NCBI GenBank assembly: GCA_030425645.1
Contig: JAUHZK010000004.1
Span: 61,100-125,099, forward strand
Source: Gammaproteobacteria bacterium
GTDB lineage: Bacteria > Pseudomonadota > Gammaproteobacteria > JAPPPA01
Reading direction: 5' to 3'
Length of the DNA: 64,000 bases
This document shows, piece by piece, positions 47,377 through 57,282 of this stretch. The position numbers and the translations under genes are program-made. Numbering within the stretch: position 1 is the first letter of the stretch; every line of letters begins with the position of its first letter. The notes under the pieces are model-generated. The model made no database searches. It was not told the DNA's origin and saw only the letters and a program-made list of their open reading frames with translations.

Positions 47377-48225
47377 ATGCAAAGCCGTTCGCTGTGGGCC
47401 GATGCTGGAAGGCGTTTGCGAGCCAATCGTGCGGCAACGGTCAGTGCAGTATTGCTAGTGTTGTTGTCGGTGGCGGTGATTATCGGGCCGATGTTATTGC
47501 CTTGGTCTTACGACGCCGTGGATTGGGAGCATATTGCCGAAGGACCATCGGCGGCACATTGGTTGGGCACCGATCAAATTGGCCGTGATCTATTGGCGCG
47601 CCTGCTTTACGGTGGCCGTATTTCGCTGATGATTGGCGTGGTCGCGACTTTGGTGAGCTTGGTCATCGGCATTAGCTGGGGTGCAATCGCCGGTTATTTC
47701 GGCGGCAAGCTAGATGCGGTGATGATGCGGATTGTCGATATTCTTTATGCGCTGCCGTTTATGTTTTTTGTGATTCTGCTGATGGTTTTTTTCGGCAGAA
47801 ATATCTTTCTGATGTTTGTCGCTATCGGCGCGATCAACTGGCTGGATATGGCGCGGATTGTGCGCGGCCAAACCTTGAGTTTAAAACGCCGCGAGTTTGT
47901 TGAGTCTGCTGTGGTCATGGGCGTAGGGCCGCTTACTATTATTCGCCGTCATATTGTTCCGAACTTGCTCGGCGTAGTGGCGGTGTACGTCACGCTCACG
48001 ATCCCACAAGTGATTTTGGCCGAGTCGTTTTTAAGCTTTTTAGGTTTAGGTGTGCAAGAGCCACAAACCAGCTGGGGTGCCTTGGTAAACGACGGCGCGC
48101 AGGTAATGGAAACCATGCCCTGGATGCTAATCGCGCCGGCCATAACGCTAGCGCTGACCTTGTTTTGTTTTAATTTTTTAGGTGACGGCTTACGCGATGC
48201 GCTGGATCCGAAGGAGCAGCGGTAG
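47377..48225 (+). CDS. Peptide/opine-type ABC transporter permease (OppC/YejE-like)
   Basis: HWLGTDQIGRDLLARLLYG motif and six TM helices. Confidence 0.85.
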   Translation: MQSRSLWADAGRRLRANRAATVSAVLLVLLSVAVIIGPMLLPWSYDAVDWEHIAEGPSAAHWLGTDQIGRDLLARLLYGGRISLMIGVVATLVSLVIGISWGAIAGYFGGKLDAVMMRIVDILYALPFMFFVILLMVFFGRNIFLMFVAIGAINWLDMARIVRGQTLSLKRREFVESAVVMGVGPLTIIRRHIVPNLLGVVAVYVTLTIPQVILAESFLSFLGLGVQEPQTSWGALVNDGAQVMETMPWMLIAPAITLALTLFCFNFLGDGLRDALDPKEQR

Positions 48226-48228
48226 ATG

Positions 48229-48316
48229 GCCGCGAAACCCACTAAACCCACGAAAAGAAATAGAAGTGGGCAGCTGTCATTTCAAATTTTTTCGTGGATT
48301 TCGAGGGTTTCGTGGC
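48229..48316. repeat. Intercistronic inverted repeat (about 29-bp arms)
   Basis: gccgcgaaacccactaaacccacgaaaag pairs imperfectly with ttttttcgtggatttcgagggtttcgtggc. Single copy in the window. The right arm ends 1 nt before the ATPase ATG. Confidence 0.7.
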
Positions 48317-48317
48317 T

Positions 48318-49958
48318 ATGTTAAAAGTCCAAAACCTCGCAGTCAATTTCAATACGCCAGATGGTGTGGTTAACGCCGTGCGCGGCGTGAGCTTTGATCT
48401 GGCGGAAGGTGAAACGCTAGCGGTTGTCGGCGAGTCCGGTTCTGGCAAAAGCCAAACCATGATGGCTTTGCTGGGTTTGTTGGCGGGCAATGGTGAGGTC
48501 AGCGGTTCGGCGCAGTTTGAAGGCCAAGAGCTGATTGGCGCGGATGATAAAACGCTGTTGAATGTGCGCGGTGACCGTATTGGGCTGATCTTCCAAGACC
48601 CGATGACCTCGCTGAATCCCTACTTGCCGATTGGCCTGCAAATGGCTGAGGTGCTGGAAGTGCATCGCGGCTTGTCGCGCAAAGCGGCTTTGGCCGAAAG
48701 CTTGGCGATGCTTAATGCCGTGCATATGCCGGATGCTGAGCGCCGACTAAAACAGTATCCGCATGAGTTCTCGGGCGGCCAGCGCCAGCGCGTGATGATT
48801 GCGATGGCCTTGTTGTGTAAACCTAAGTTACTGATTGCCGACGAGCCAACCACCGCCTTGGATGTAACTATTCAAGCGGAAATTCTAAAACTGCTTCAAG
48901 AAATTCAGCAGCAGTTTGGCACCAGCATTATTTTTATTACCCATGATTTGGCTGTGGCGTCGCAGCTATGCGACCGGGTGATGGTGATGCGCCACGGTGA
49001 GGTACTAGAGCAGGGTAATGCGACGCAGTTGTTTGAAAACCCGCAAGCGCCATACACAAAAGCCTTGCTGGATTGCTTGCCCAATATGCAAACCCAACAG
49101 TTGCGCCTAGCAACAGTCGAATCCGTCGAAAATGGGACAGACCCAAATGGGTCTGTCCCAGATCGGGTTGCGCCGGGTAATGTTTTGCTTAGCGTTTGCG
49201 ATTTGGCGGTCGACTACAAACTCGCCAGCGGCAAATCGTTTACCGCAGTGGAGGGCGTGAGTTTTGAACTGCGCCAAGGCGAAACCTTAGGCGTAGTGGG
49301 TGAGTCTGGCAGCGGTAAGTCATCAGCAGCGCGTGCGCTATTAGGTTTAAACCCCATCAGCCGCGGCGATGTCGAATGGCGCGGACAGTCTTTAAACGCT
49401 TTAAGTCAGGCCGACTGGCGTGCTTTGCGCCGCCACATGCAGGTGGTGTTTCAAGACCCCTTGGCATCGTTAAATCCGCGCCAAACCATTGGTGATTCCG
49501 TGGCCGAGCCGCTGACCGTGTTTGAACCGAGCTTGGACAGAAAACAGCGGCTAGATAAAGCTGCGTATTGGTTAGAAAAAGTCGGTCTATCGCGCGATAT
49601 GCTCAATCGCTATCCGCATGAATTTTCCGGCGGGCAATGTCAGCGGATTGGTATCGCGCGCGCCTTAATTTTAGAGCCGCCATTATTAATTTGCGACGAG
49701 GCAGTTTCCGCGCTCGACGTCTCCGTGCAGGCGCAGGTGCTTAACCTGCTGCAAGACCTACAGAGTGAATACGGCTTGGCGCTGCTGTTTATCGCGCATG
49801 ACTTGTCGGTGGTAAAACATATTAGCGATCGTGTGCTGGTGATGTCGCAAGGCCAAGTGGTAGAGCAGGGCGATGCAGAGCAGATTTATCAGGCCCCGCA
49901 ACACGCCTACACGCAATCTCTTATTAAAGCTGTGCCACAATTGCACTCTGAGACTTGA
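48318..49958 (+). CDS. Fused double-NBD ABC transporter ATPase (YejF/OppDF-like)
   Basis: Two complete sets of motifs: [13 protein letters not shown](R/C)QR and ADEPT/CDEAV. Track ORF trimmed to [11 protein letters not shown]. Confidence 0.9.
   Translation: MLKVQNLAVNFNTPDGVVNAVRGVSFDLAEGETLAVVGESGSGKSQTMMALLGLLAGNGEVSGSAQFEGQELIGADDKTLLNVRGDRIGLIFQDPMTSLNPYLPIGLQMAEVLEVHRGLSRKAALAESLAMLNAVHMPDAERRLKQYPHEFSGGQRQRVMIAMALLCKPKLLIADEPTTALDVTIQAEILKLLQEIQQQFGTSIIFITHDLAVASQLCDRVMVMRHGEVLEQGNATQLFENPQAPYTKALLDCLPNMQTQQLRLATVESVENGTDPNGSVPDRVAPGNVLLSVCDLAVDYKLASGKSFTAVEGVSFELRQGETLGVVGESGSGKSSAARALLGLNPISRGDVEWRGQSLNALSQADWRALRRHMQVVFQDPLASLNPRQTIGDSVAEPLTVFEPSLDRKQRLDKAAYWLEKVGLSRDMLNRYPHEFSGGQCQRIGIARALILEPPLLICDEAVSALDVSVQAQVLNLLQDLQSEYGLALLFIAHDLSVVKHISDRVLVMSQGQVVEQGDAEQIYQAPQHAYTQSLIKAVPQLHSET
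49134..49159. repeat. Bare 26-bp GGGACAGACCC-aaat-GGGTCTGTCCC palindrome inside the ATPase linker
   Basis: Same arm sequence as the 75-bp elements. It is read in frame as GTDPNGSVP between the two NBDs. Confidence 0.8.
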
Positions 49959-50020
49959 TCGCTCAGCGCGAGTGTCGCCGGTAACGGCGGCGCTCGCACT
50001 CTTAATTCAGGAATTCGAGC

Positions 50021-50662
50021 ATGGAATGGTTCGCACTGGCTGCCGCCTCTACCGGCGCGGCGCATATCGTTACCGACTACAAAGGCCCACGTTGGGCGAC
50101 CTACATCTTTAAGCCGGGCACTATGCTCATCATTATTGCCATGCTGTGGTCTTTCCCCGTGGTAGATGAAAGCTACCGCTGGTGGTTGACGGCGGGCTTG
50201 CTCGCATCCTTGGTGGGCGACTGCTTTTTGATGCTGCCCAGCAAGCCGTTGTTGCCAGGCCTTGGCGCCTTCCTGATCGCGCATATTATTTATGTGATTG
50301 ATTTTGCCTCCCGGACTTCGGTGGTCTGGAGTTTTTGGTTAATCCTCACTGCCGTGTTGTTGCTGGTATGGATGGCTGGCTTGGGCGCGTTTATGTTTAA
50401 CAAGCTCGGCAAATTAATGATTCCGGGGCCGATCTATATTGGTGCTTTGGGCGGTATGGTGTTTTTTGCCAGTAATGCGGCCTCGCAAGATTTGATTGGC
50501 GGTGAGTCGCTATTGATTGGCGCGTTACTGTTTCTGATATCAGACACCGCCTTAGCCTTTAACCGAATCTATCAGCCGTACCGCGCGGCACAGTTTCTTA
50601 TTCTTAGTACTTACTATCCGGCGCAGTTCTTTATTGCTGCCTCGGCGATTGCACCTTCATGA
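50021..50662 (+). CDS. Lysoplasmalogenase family (YhhN) membrane protein
   Basis: Seven to eight TM helices. LVGDCFLM and FLISDTALA motifs. Confidence 0.75.
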   Translation: MEWFALAAASTGAAHIVTDYKGPRWATYIFKPGTMLIIIAMLWSFPVVDESYRWWLTAGLLASLVGDCFLMLPSKPLLPGLGAFLIAHIIYVIDFASRTSVVWSFWLILTAVLLLVWMAGLGAFMFNKLGKLMIPGPIYIGALGGMVFFASNAASQDLIGGESLLIGALLFLISDTALAFNRIYQPYRAAQFLILSTYYPAQFFIAASAIAPS

Positions 50663-51567
50663 ACCCTCAAGCTGTAGAAAGCTGGCTACGCCAGTTACAA
50701 GATGATATTTGTGCTGGCATCGAAACCTTTGAGCCGAATGCCAAATTCACAGTCGATAACTGGACTCGCGACCCTTCTGAAAAAGGGCTAAGCGGTGATG
50801 GCTCGTCTCGCGTATTAGAAGGTGGCGAAGTCTTTGAGCGCGGCGGTGTTAACTTCTCGCTAGTGCATGGCAAGCAACTGCCGCCAGCGGCCACCGAACG
50901 TAACCCGCATTTGGCCGGTGGTCGTTTTACCGCCATGGGCGTGTCTTTGGTGATGCACCCGCGTAACCCTTACGTGCCGACCTCTCACGCCAATGTGCGT
51001 TTCTTCGTTGCTGAAAAAGAAGGCCAAGATCCCGTGTGGTGGTTTGGTGGCGGTTTCGATTTAACGCCGTATTACGGCTTTGACGAAGACTGCGTGCACT
51101 GGCACCAAACCGCTAAAGACGCGGTTGGCGCGGAGCGTTATCCAGAACTTAAGAAATGGTGTGACGATTACTTCTATCTAAAACACCGCAATGAACAACG
51201 CGGCATCGGTGGTCTATTCTTCGACGACTGGACCGAAGGCGGCTTTGAAAGCGCCTTTGAAATGACCCGCAATGTAGGCGAGGCTTACCTAAAAGCCTAC
51301 GCTCCGATTGTGGAGCGCCGTAAAGATACAGAATACGGCGAGCGTGAGCGGGAATGGCAGTTAATCCGCCGTGGGCGTTATGTGGAATTTAATTTGGTTT
51401 ATGACCGCGGCACCTTGTTTGGGTTGCAGTCCGGTGGCCGCACCGAATCTATTTTGATGTCGATGCCACCGGCGACTGGCTGGCGATATGACTATCAGCC
51501 GGAGGAGGGGACGCCGGAGGCTGAGTTGTTGAGTCATACGATTAAACCCCAAAGCTGGGTTGTTTAG
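50659..51567 (+). CDS. hemF: Oxygen-dependent coproporphyrinogen III oxidase
   Basis: ERGGVNFS...HANVRFF...[14 protein letters not shown]...[10 protein letters not shown] motifs. Confidence 0.95.
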   Translation: MNPQAVESWLRQLQDDICAGIETFEPNAKFTVDNWTRDPSEKGLSGDGSSRVLEGGEVFERGGVNFSLVHGKQLPPAATERNPHLAGGRFTAMGVSLVMHPRNPYVPTSHANVRFFVAEKEGQDPVWWFGGGFDLTPYYGFDEDCVHWHQTAKDAVGAERYPELKKWCDDYFYLKHRNEQRGIGGLFFDDWTEGGFESAFEMTRNVGEAYLKAYAPIVERRKDTEYGEREREWQLIRRGRYVEFNLVYDRGTLFGLQSGGRTESILMSMPPATGWRYDYQPEEGTPEAELLSHTIKPQSWVV

Positions 51568-51589
51568 GTGACTTTGTTTATAGAGTGAA

Positions 51590-52168
51590 ATGAATATGAG
51601 CGTTAAGCAGTTTGCTGATGACTTAAAGTCCGAAGTGGTTAGATGTAAGGAGGAAGGGGCTGAGTCAATTAATTGTGACAGCCTAATTGGGTATCTTGGG
51701 GATGTGGTTGAGTCGACCAAAGAAGAGCCTACAGAAACGGAGCTAGCAGAATATCGAGCAAAGTGGCAGCTTCATATTGAGCAAACTAGAAGCTACAGTG
51801 AGTCACAGCTGGAAATGTTTAGGGCAGTAATAACCTCTGGACAGACTGCTATTCGGTCGTCATTTTTGATGAATGGTGGTGCTGCCGTGGCTCTTCTCGC
51901 TTTTATTGGTCATTTGGCAGCCAATGATTCGGCTCATGTGGGTGCTTTTGCTGATGCTTTAAGCCCTTTTGTTTGGGGAGTGTTGGTGGTCTCTGTGGTC
52001 TCCGGTTTTACTTATCTTAGTCAATGGTTCTACTACTCCGACTCGAAACTCTCACAGCTGGCAGGGTTGTTCCTGAATATATGCTCTATAGTTCTCGGGC
52101 TTGCGTCCTACGGGTTGTTTATTAGAGGCTTGGATAAGGCGCGATGCGCTTTCATGTTGTTTTCTTAG
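51590..52168 (+). CDS. Hypothetical protein (soluble helical N-half, three C-terminal TM helices)
   Basis: 192-aa ORF, AT-richer than its flanks, no family recognised. Its TAG stop lies in the first bases of the downstream repeat. Confidence 0.5.
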   Translation: MNMSVKQFADDLKSEVVRCKEEGAESINCDSLIGYLGDVVESTKEEPTETELAEYRAKWQLHIEQTRSYSESQLEMFRAVITSGQTAIRSSFLMNGGAAVALLAFIGHLAANDSAHVGAFADALSPFVWGVLVVSVVSGFTYLSQWFYYSDSKLSQLAGLFLNICSIVLGLASYGLFIRGLDKARCAFMLFS

Positions 52169-52408
52169 TGTTTGTTTCGGCCCTAGCTGCTTCTATCTGC
52201 TTGCGGTGCTTTCATCGCGTTGGCCGAGTGTACTTTTCTTTGCTTCGCCAAAGAAAAGTAACCAAAAGAAAGGCGATCCCACCATGCGGCCGCTATCGCG
52301 GTTCCCTGCGCTACTCGCCAAATCGAGCGCCCGCGGAACTCGCTAACGCTCAAACAGGCCGCAGGCTCAATCTCGATTTGGCTCCGTTGCTCGGCCGCAT
52401 AGAAGGGC
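52166..52408 (+). repeat. ~243-bp interspersed repeat, subtype 1
   Basis: About 90% identical from ggccgagtg onward to the reverse complement of 59756-59996. Contains the hairpin acttttctttg-N6-caaagaaaagt. Confidence 0.85.
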
Positions 52409-52734
52409 GCGTTTAGCCCGCTTCGTTATTCTGATTCGGTCTGATCGATACGTTGATTGTAGATGTCAGTATAAGAATGCCTAGCTCTGGATAAAAAACT
52501 AGATTAATCAGTGTCGCCACAAATATTAAAGCTGGTAGAAGAGGAAGCTTTAGATTGAAAGGTTTGGAGGTCATGGGGCTGCTATTTCCGGTTGTAGTTG
52601 AAGGCGGGATTCAATTTAGGTTCTATTTCTAATTGTGGCTACCACCTTAGGGTTGCAATTGCAGGGGTAATCTTCCTTCGGTTTTTAGAGCTCCGCTATT
52701 GTCAAATATTTGACAGTTGACGCCGGTGTGAGGT

Positions 52735-52997
52735 GGTGGCGTTGAGTGGGTTGTTTCTACTAGGCCCCTTTTGCGCAGCTGAGCATCGCAGTGGATTTTG
52801 GATTAAGGGAGCGGCTTGTTTGAGCGAAGCGAGTTCCCGCGACCGCCAAAATTCGCGAGAAGCGCAAGGAACCGCGAAGCGGCTGCGCAATTGGCGGTGG
52901 CGTTTTTGGTTACTTTTTTCGCCAAAGAAAAAAGTAACTCGGCCTTACCGACGAACTGCCCGAAAGCAGATAGAGCTCACTAGGGCCGAAACAACCA
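52735..52997 (-). repeat. ~260-bp interspersed repeat, subtype 2
   Basis: Its reverse complement aligns along its length with 59467-59706. It shares the outer ~40 bp (gtttcggccct.g...ctatctgctt.cgg) and the block cgcggaactcgct(a)acgctcaaaca with subtype 1. Confidence 0.85.
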
Positions 52998-53020
52998 CCA
53001 GCCAAAGCAACAATCGCAAG

Positions 53021-54472
53021 TTACGTCCCACAAAACGTTTGCATAACCCTTTCCTGCGGCTCCGGCGGCACCAACAAATCTAAATCCCCATCCGCCACTT
53101 GATACGGATCGGCCAAGGCCTCAGCGAGGCGATTAAACAACGCCCAATCATCTCGCTCAGAAGCCTCTTCCAAGGCTTTCTCCACTTGGTGATTACGCGC
53201 AATCAACACCGGGTTGGCTTGGCGCATGGTGGCGACATCGGCGTCACTAAGCTCTCGCCATTGCTTGAGCCATTCTGCGCCGACGGCTTGATCGCTAAAC
53301 AAGCTCAACAGCGGCGCTTCATCGCTACCCGCTGCCAATTCGGTGAGGCGATTAAAGAAAACGGTGAAGTCCGTTTGATCTTTAGCGAGGGTGGGGAAAA
53401 CTTGCTCCACAAACTGTTGCGCCTCTTCATCGTCGCGGCTGATGCCGAGTTTTTGCTTTAGGCCGTTAACAAAGTGGTCGCGGAATTGATCTTGAAATGG
53501 CTTGAGGGCGTTTTCGGCAAGGGTGACGGCTTTGTCGCTGTCGTCATCCAATAGCGGCAATAAGGTTTCCGCAAAACGGGCGAGGTTCCAGTAGGCAATG
53601 CTGCCTTGTTGGTTCCAAGCGTAGCGGCCTTGATGGTCGATGGAGCTAAAGGTTTTGCTGGGAATAAATTCATCTATAAAAGCGCAGGGGCCGAAGTCGA
53701 TGGTTTCGCCAACAACGGACATATTGTCGGTATTCATGACGCCGTGAATAAAACCCACCAGCATCCATTGTGGGATTAGCTTCGCTTGGCGGGCGGCTAC
53801 TGCTTCGATCAGCGCGGCGTAGGGGCTTTCGCTGTTGGCTGCCTCGGGGAAGTGGTGACTAATAACAAAATCGGCCAGCGCTTGTAGTTCATCACGCTCT
53901 AAATTGGCGGCAGCATATTGAAAAGAACCCACGCGGATATGGCTTTGGGCCGTGCGTACAACAATGCCGCCGGCTTGGGGCTGCTCACGTTGCACCATTT
54001 CGCCAGTGCCTATAACGGCAAGACTATTGGTGGTGGGGATACCGAGCCCGGCCATGGCTTCGGAAATTAAATATTCACGCAGTGAGCTGCTAAGGGTGGC
54101 CTTGCCGTCGCCGCGGCGTGAATAAGGCGTAGCGCCGGAGCCTTTTAGTTGTACGTCTAGATAGTCACCGTTAGCGGTTTGTAGTTGACCCAGCAGATGC
54201 GCACGACCGTCGCCGAGTAGTGGTGAGTAACCGCCAAACTGATGGCCGGCATAGGCCATGGCTAAGGGTTGGGTGCTGTAGTCGGCGTTGCCGCTAAAGA
54301 CGGCTACGGCTTCGGGGCTGTTAAACCAGTCGGTCTGTAAACCGAGTTGCTTAATTAGCCTATGGTTGAGTGTGAGCAGCTTGGGCGCGGGTGCTTTGCT
54401 TGGCGCGATGGCGCTGAACATTGCCTCGGGGAGGTCGAGGTAATGTTGTTTGGTGATGGGGTTTTGCGTCAT
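53021..54472 (-). CDS. selO: Protein adenylyltransferase SelO (YdiU)
   Basis: 483 aa. YAGHQFG...LGDGRA...KGSG.TPYSR...GVMNTDNMS motifs. Confidence 0.9.
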   Translation of the reverse strand: MTQNPITKQHYLDLPEAMFSAIAPSKAPAPKLLTLNHRLIKQLGLQTDWFNSPEAVAVFSGNADYSTQPLAMAYAGHQFGGYSPLLGDGRAHLLGQLQTANGDYLDVQLKGSGATPYSRRGDGKATLSSSLREYLISEAMAGLGIPTTNSLAVIGTGEMVQREQPQAGGIVVRTAQSHIRVGSFQYAAANLERDELQALADFVISHHFPEAANSESPYAALIEAVAARQAKLIPQWMLVGFIHGVMNTDNMSVVGETIDFGPCAFIDEFIPSKTFSSIDHQGRYAWNQQGSIAYWNLARFAETLLPLLDDDSDKAVTLAENALKPFQDQFRDHFVNGLKQKLGISRDDEEAQQFVEQVFPTLAKDQTDFTVFFNRLTELAAGSDEAPLLSLFSDQAVGAEWLKQWRELSDADVATMRQANPVLIARNHQVEKALEEASERDDWALFNRLAEALADPYQVADGDLDLLVPPEPQERVMQTFCGT

Positions 54473-54481
54473 TTAGGGAAA

Positions 54482-54555
54482 GGGGACAGACCCCGCTTAG
54501 AAAGTTTCTACGGCGGTTACTGGTCTACGCGGTTTAGACGGTGGGGTCTGTCCCC
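54482..54555. repeat. 74-bp hairpin element with GGGGACAGACCCC termini
   Basis: Perfect 13-bp terminal inverted repeats, between selO and ubiK. Confidence 0.85.
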
Positions 54556-54564
54556 GATAGTTGT

Positions 54565-54804
54565 TTAGTTGGCCTCTAATTCCGCCAGCTGTTTTTCCAG
54601 TGCCTCTAGCTTCATACGCGTGCGCTTTAGAAGCTCGGCATGCACTTCGTATTCTTCACGGGTAACTAGGTCCATCTTTTTCAGCTGCGCGAGCAGTACT
54701 TGCTTGATATTGGTTTCTAGCTCGCCGCGTACGGCTTGTAGCTGTGGCGGCAATAGGCCTGAGAGGCGGTTTACAAGGTCGTCGATGGCGCCGGGTTCTA
54801 GCAT
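54565..54804 (-). CDS. ubiK: Ubiquinone biosynthesis accessory factor UbiK (YqiC/BMFP family)
   Basis: LDLVTREEYEVHAELLKRTRMKLEALEKQLAELE is collinear with E. coli YqiC. Confidence 0.85.
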   Translation of the reverse strand: MLEPGAIDDLVNRLSGLLPPQLQAVRGELETNIKQVLLAQLKKMDLVTREEYEVHAELLKRTRMKLEALEKQLAELEAN

Positions 54805-54886
54805 GGTGCTTTCCTAATCCGAGGGTTTCATTCAATGGCGCGTAGGGTACCGCATCTGTTTAATTAAAGGGTGGATACAAGCGTTA

Positions 54887-54903
54887 TGCACCGAAGTGGT
54901 GCA
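54887..54903 (+). promoter_or_regulatory. Putative NtrC binding site 1
   Basis: TGCACCGAAGTGGTGCA is a perfect TGCACC-N5-GGTGCA palindrome about 110 nt upstream of the sigma54 element. Confidence 0.65.
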
Positions 54904-54946
54904 AAGTGTTAATTTTGGGGCGCGGTGGATTTTCTAATTCCGTCGC

Positions 54947-54963
54947 TGCGCCAGTTTGGTGCA
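54947..54963 (+). promoter_or_regulatory. Putative NtrC binding site 2
   Basis: TGCGCCAGTTTGGTGCA has one mismatch to TGCACC-N5-GGTGCA. Confidence 0.55.
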
Positions 54964-54996
54964 ACCAAAGCCTGTCATAAGGCGTTTTCAGTAAGT

Positions 54997-55012
54997 TGGC
55001 ACGCTTCCTGCT
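54997..55012 (+). promoter_or_regulatory. Putative sigma54 (-24/-12) promoter of glnK-amtB
   Basis: TGGCACGCTTCCTGCT has GG-N10-GC spacing, about 85 nt upstream of the glnK ATG. Confidence 0.7.
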
Positions 55013-55097
55013 TTGTACTCTGCGACCTATTGCGGTGGCGCCCTTCAGTTTCTTTTGAGGGCACCGAAACAGGACAACTCAATTGGAGATTGAATAA

Positions 55098-55436
<339 letters not shown>

Positions 55437-55473
55437 GGCTCGCTCTTTTAGAACTTTTTAGGAGTTTCAAAAA

Positions 55474-56712
55474 ATGGAAAACACTATTTTCGAACTTCAG
55501 TACGCCTTAGACACCTTTTATTTCTTGGTGTGTGGCGCGCTGGTAATGTGGATGGCGGCTGGTTTCGCCATGTTGGAAGCCGGTCTTGTTCGTTCTAAGA
55601 ACACTACCGAAATCCTAACCAAGAACGTTGCGCTATTCGCAATCTCTTGCACCATGTACATGGTTGTGGGTTACTCGATCATGTATCCAGAGCTAGGCAG
55701 TGCATTGTTGTCAGGTATTACTGGTGACGGTGTCGCTGGTGCAGAAGAGGCTGCTACTTACGCCCCTTCGGCGGACTTTTTCTTCCAGGTAGTATTCGTA
55801 GCGACTGCTATGTCTATCGTATCTGGTGCAGTTGCTGAGCGTATGAAGCTTTGGGCTTTCCTAGCGTTTGCCGTAGTAATGACCGGCTTGATCTACCCAA
55901 TGGAAGGTTCTTGGACTTGGGGTGGCGAGAAAGTATTTGGCTTGTATGCGCTTGCTGATTACGGTTGGTCAGACTTCGCTGGCTCAGGCATCGTACACAT
56001 GGCCGGTGCCGCAGCTGCTCTAGCTGGCGTATTGGTTCTTGGCGCTCGTAAAGGCAAGTACGGCCCTAACGGTGAAGTTCGCGCTATCCCTGGTGCTAAC
56101 CTTCCGTTAGCTACCCTAGGTACTTTTATCCTATGGATGGGTTGGTTCGGCTTTAACGGCGGTTCTGTACTAGCGACTGCTTCTGTAGAAAACGCTAACG
56201 CTGTTGCGGTTGTATTTATGAACACTAACGCTGCCGCTGCTGGTGGCCTTATCGCTGCTCTATTGCTTGCTCGCGTATTGTTCGGCAAAGCTGACCTTAC
56301 TATGGCGCTGAACGGTGCTCTAGCGGGTCTAGTTGCGATTACTGCTGAGCCTTCTACTCCTACTCCGCTGCTAGCTACCCTATTCGGTGCTGCTGGTGGT
56401 GCTTTGGTTGTATTCAGCATCATCACGCTTGATAAGCTGAAAATTGATGACCCTGTAGGTGCTATCTCTGTTCACGGTGTTGTAGGTCTACTAGGTCTAT
56501 TACTAGTACCTCTAACCAACGACGGCTCTAGCTTCAGCGGCCAGCTAATTGGTGCGGCTACCATCTTTGCATGGGTATTTGGCGCTAGCTTGGTTGTTTG
56601 GTTCACTCTGAAAGCCATCATGGGCATTCGTGTAAGCGAAGAAGAAGAATACGAAGGTGTTGACCTTTCTGAGTGTGGCCAAGAGGCTTACCCAGAGTTC
56701 ACTAACAAGTAA
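55474..56712 (+). CDS. amtB: Ammonium transporter
   Basis: 412 aa, 11-TM Amt family. DFAGSGIVHM and ISVHGVVG motifs. Confidence 0.95.
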   Translation: MENTIFELQYALDTFYFLVCGALVMWMAAGFAMLEAGLVRSKNTTEILTKNVALFAISCTMYMVVGYSIMYPELGSALLSGITGDGVAGAEEAATYAPSADFFFQVVFVATAMSIVSGAVAERMKLWAFLAFAVVMTGLIYPMEGSWTWGGEKVFGLYALADYGWSDFAGSGIVHMAGAAAALAGVLVLGARKGKYGPNGEVRAIPGANLPLATLGTFILWMGWFGFNGGSVLATASVENANAVAVVFMNTNAAAAGGLIAALLLARVLFGKADLTMALNGALAGLVAITAEPSTPTPLLATLFGAAGGALVVFSIITLDKLKIDDPVGAISVHGVVGLLGLLLVPLTNDGSSFSGQLIGAATIFAWVFGASLVVWFTLKAIMGIRVSEEEEYEGVDLSECGQEAYPEFTNK

Positions 56713-56752
56713 TTACTACTTCTTAGTTCTTCAACACATAAGTGTTTGGGAA

Positions 56753-56783
56753 GGCCGCTGCAGCAATGCAGCGGCCTTTTTTT
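56753..56783 (+). terminator. Rho-independent terminator after amtB
   Basis: ggccgctgca-gcaa-tgcagcggcc stem-loop followed by a T7 run. Confidence 0.75.
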
Positions 56784-56868
56784 ATGTCTGGCGTCGTTGA
56801 TGCTTGACGCCAAAGCCGACAGCGTTAGACTGGTTCCGTTGTATATGCATACTGCTAACCCACTATAA

Positions 56869-57225
<357 letters not shown>

Positions 57226-57250
57226 GCAACAAGCGCTAGTTAGATAAAAA

Positions 57251-57275
57251 GGCCCGCAGTAGCGGGCCTTTTTTT
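57251..57275. terminator. Bidirectional Rho-independent terminator
   Basis: aaaaa-ggcccgc-agta-gcgggcc-ttttttt, between convergent genes. Confidence 0.75.
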
Positions 57276-57282
57276 GTTTGCG

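Noticed and set aside
52101-53083. Track ORFs 52101..52346, 52144..52416, 52702..52890 and 52733..53083
   Set aside because: They are translations of the interspersed repeat. The same pseudo-peptides recur at the second locus in whichever frame is open, and the homology is at the nucleotide level with indels that break frames.
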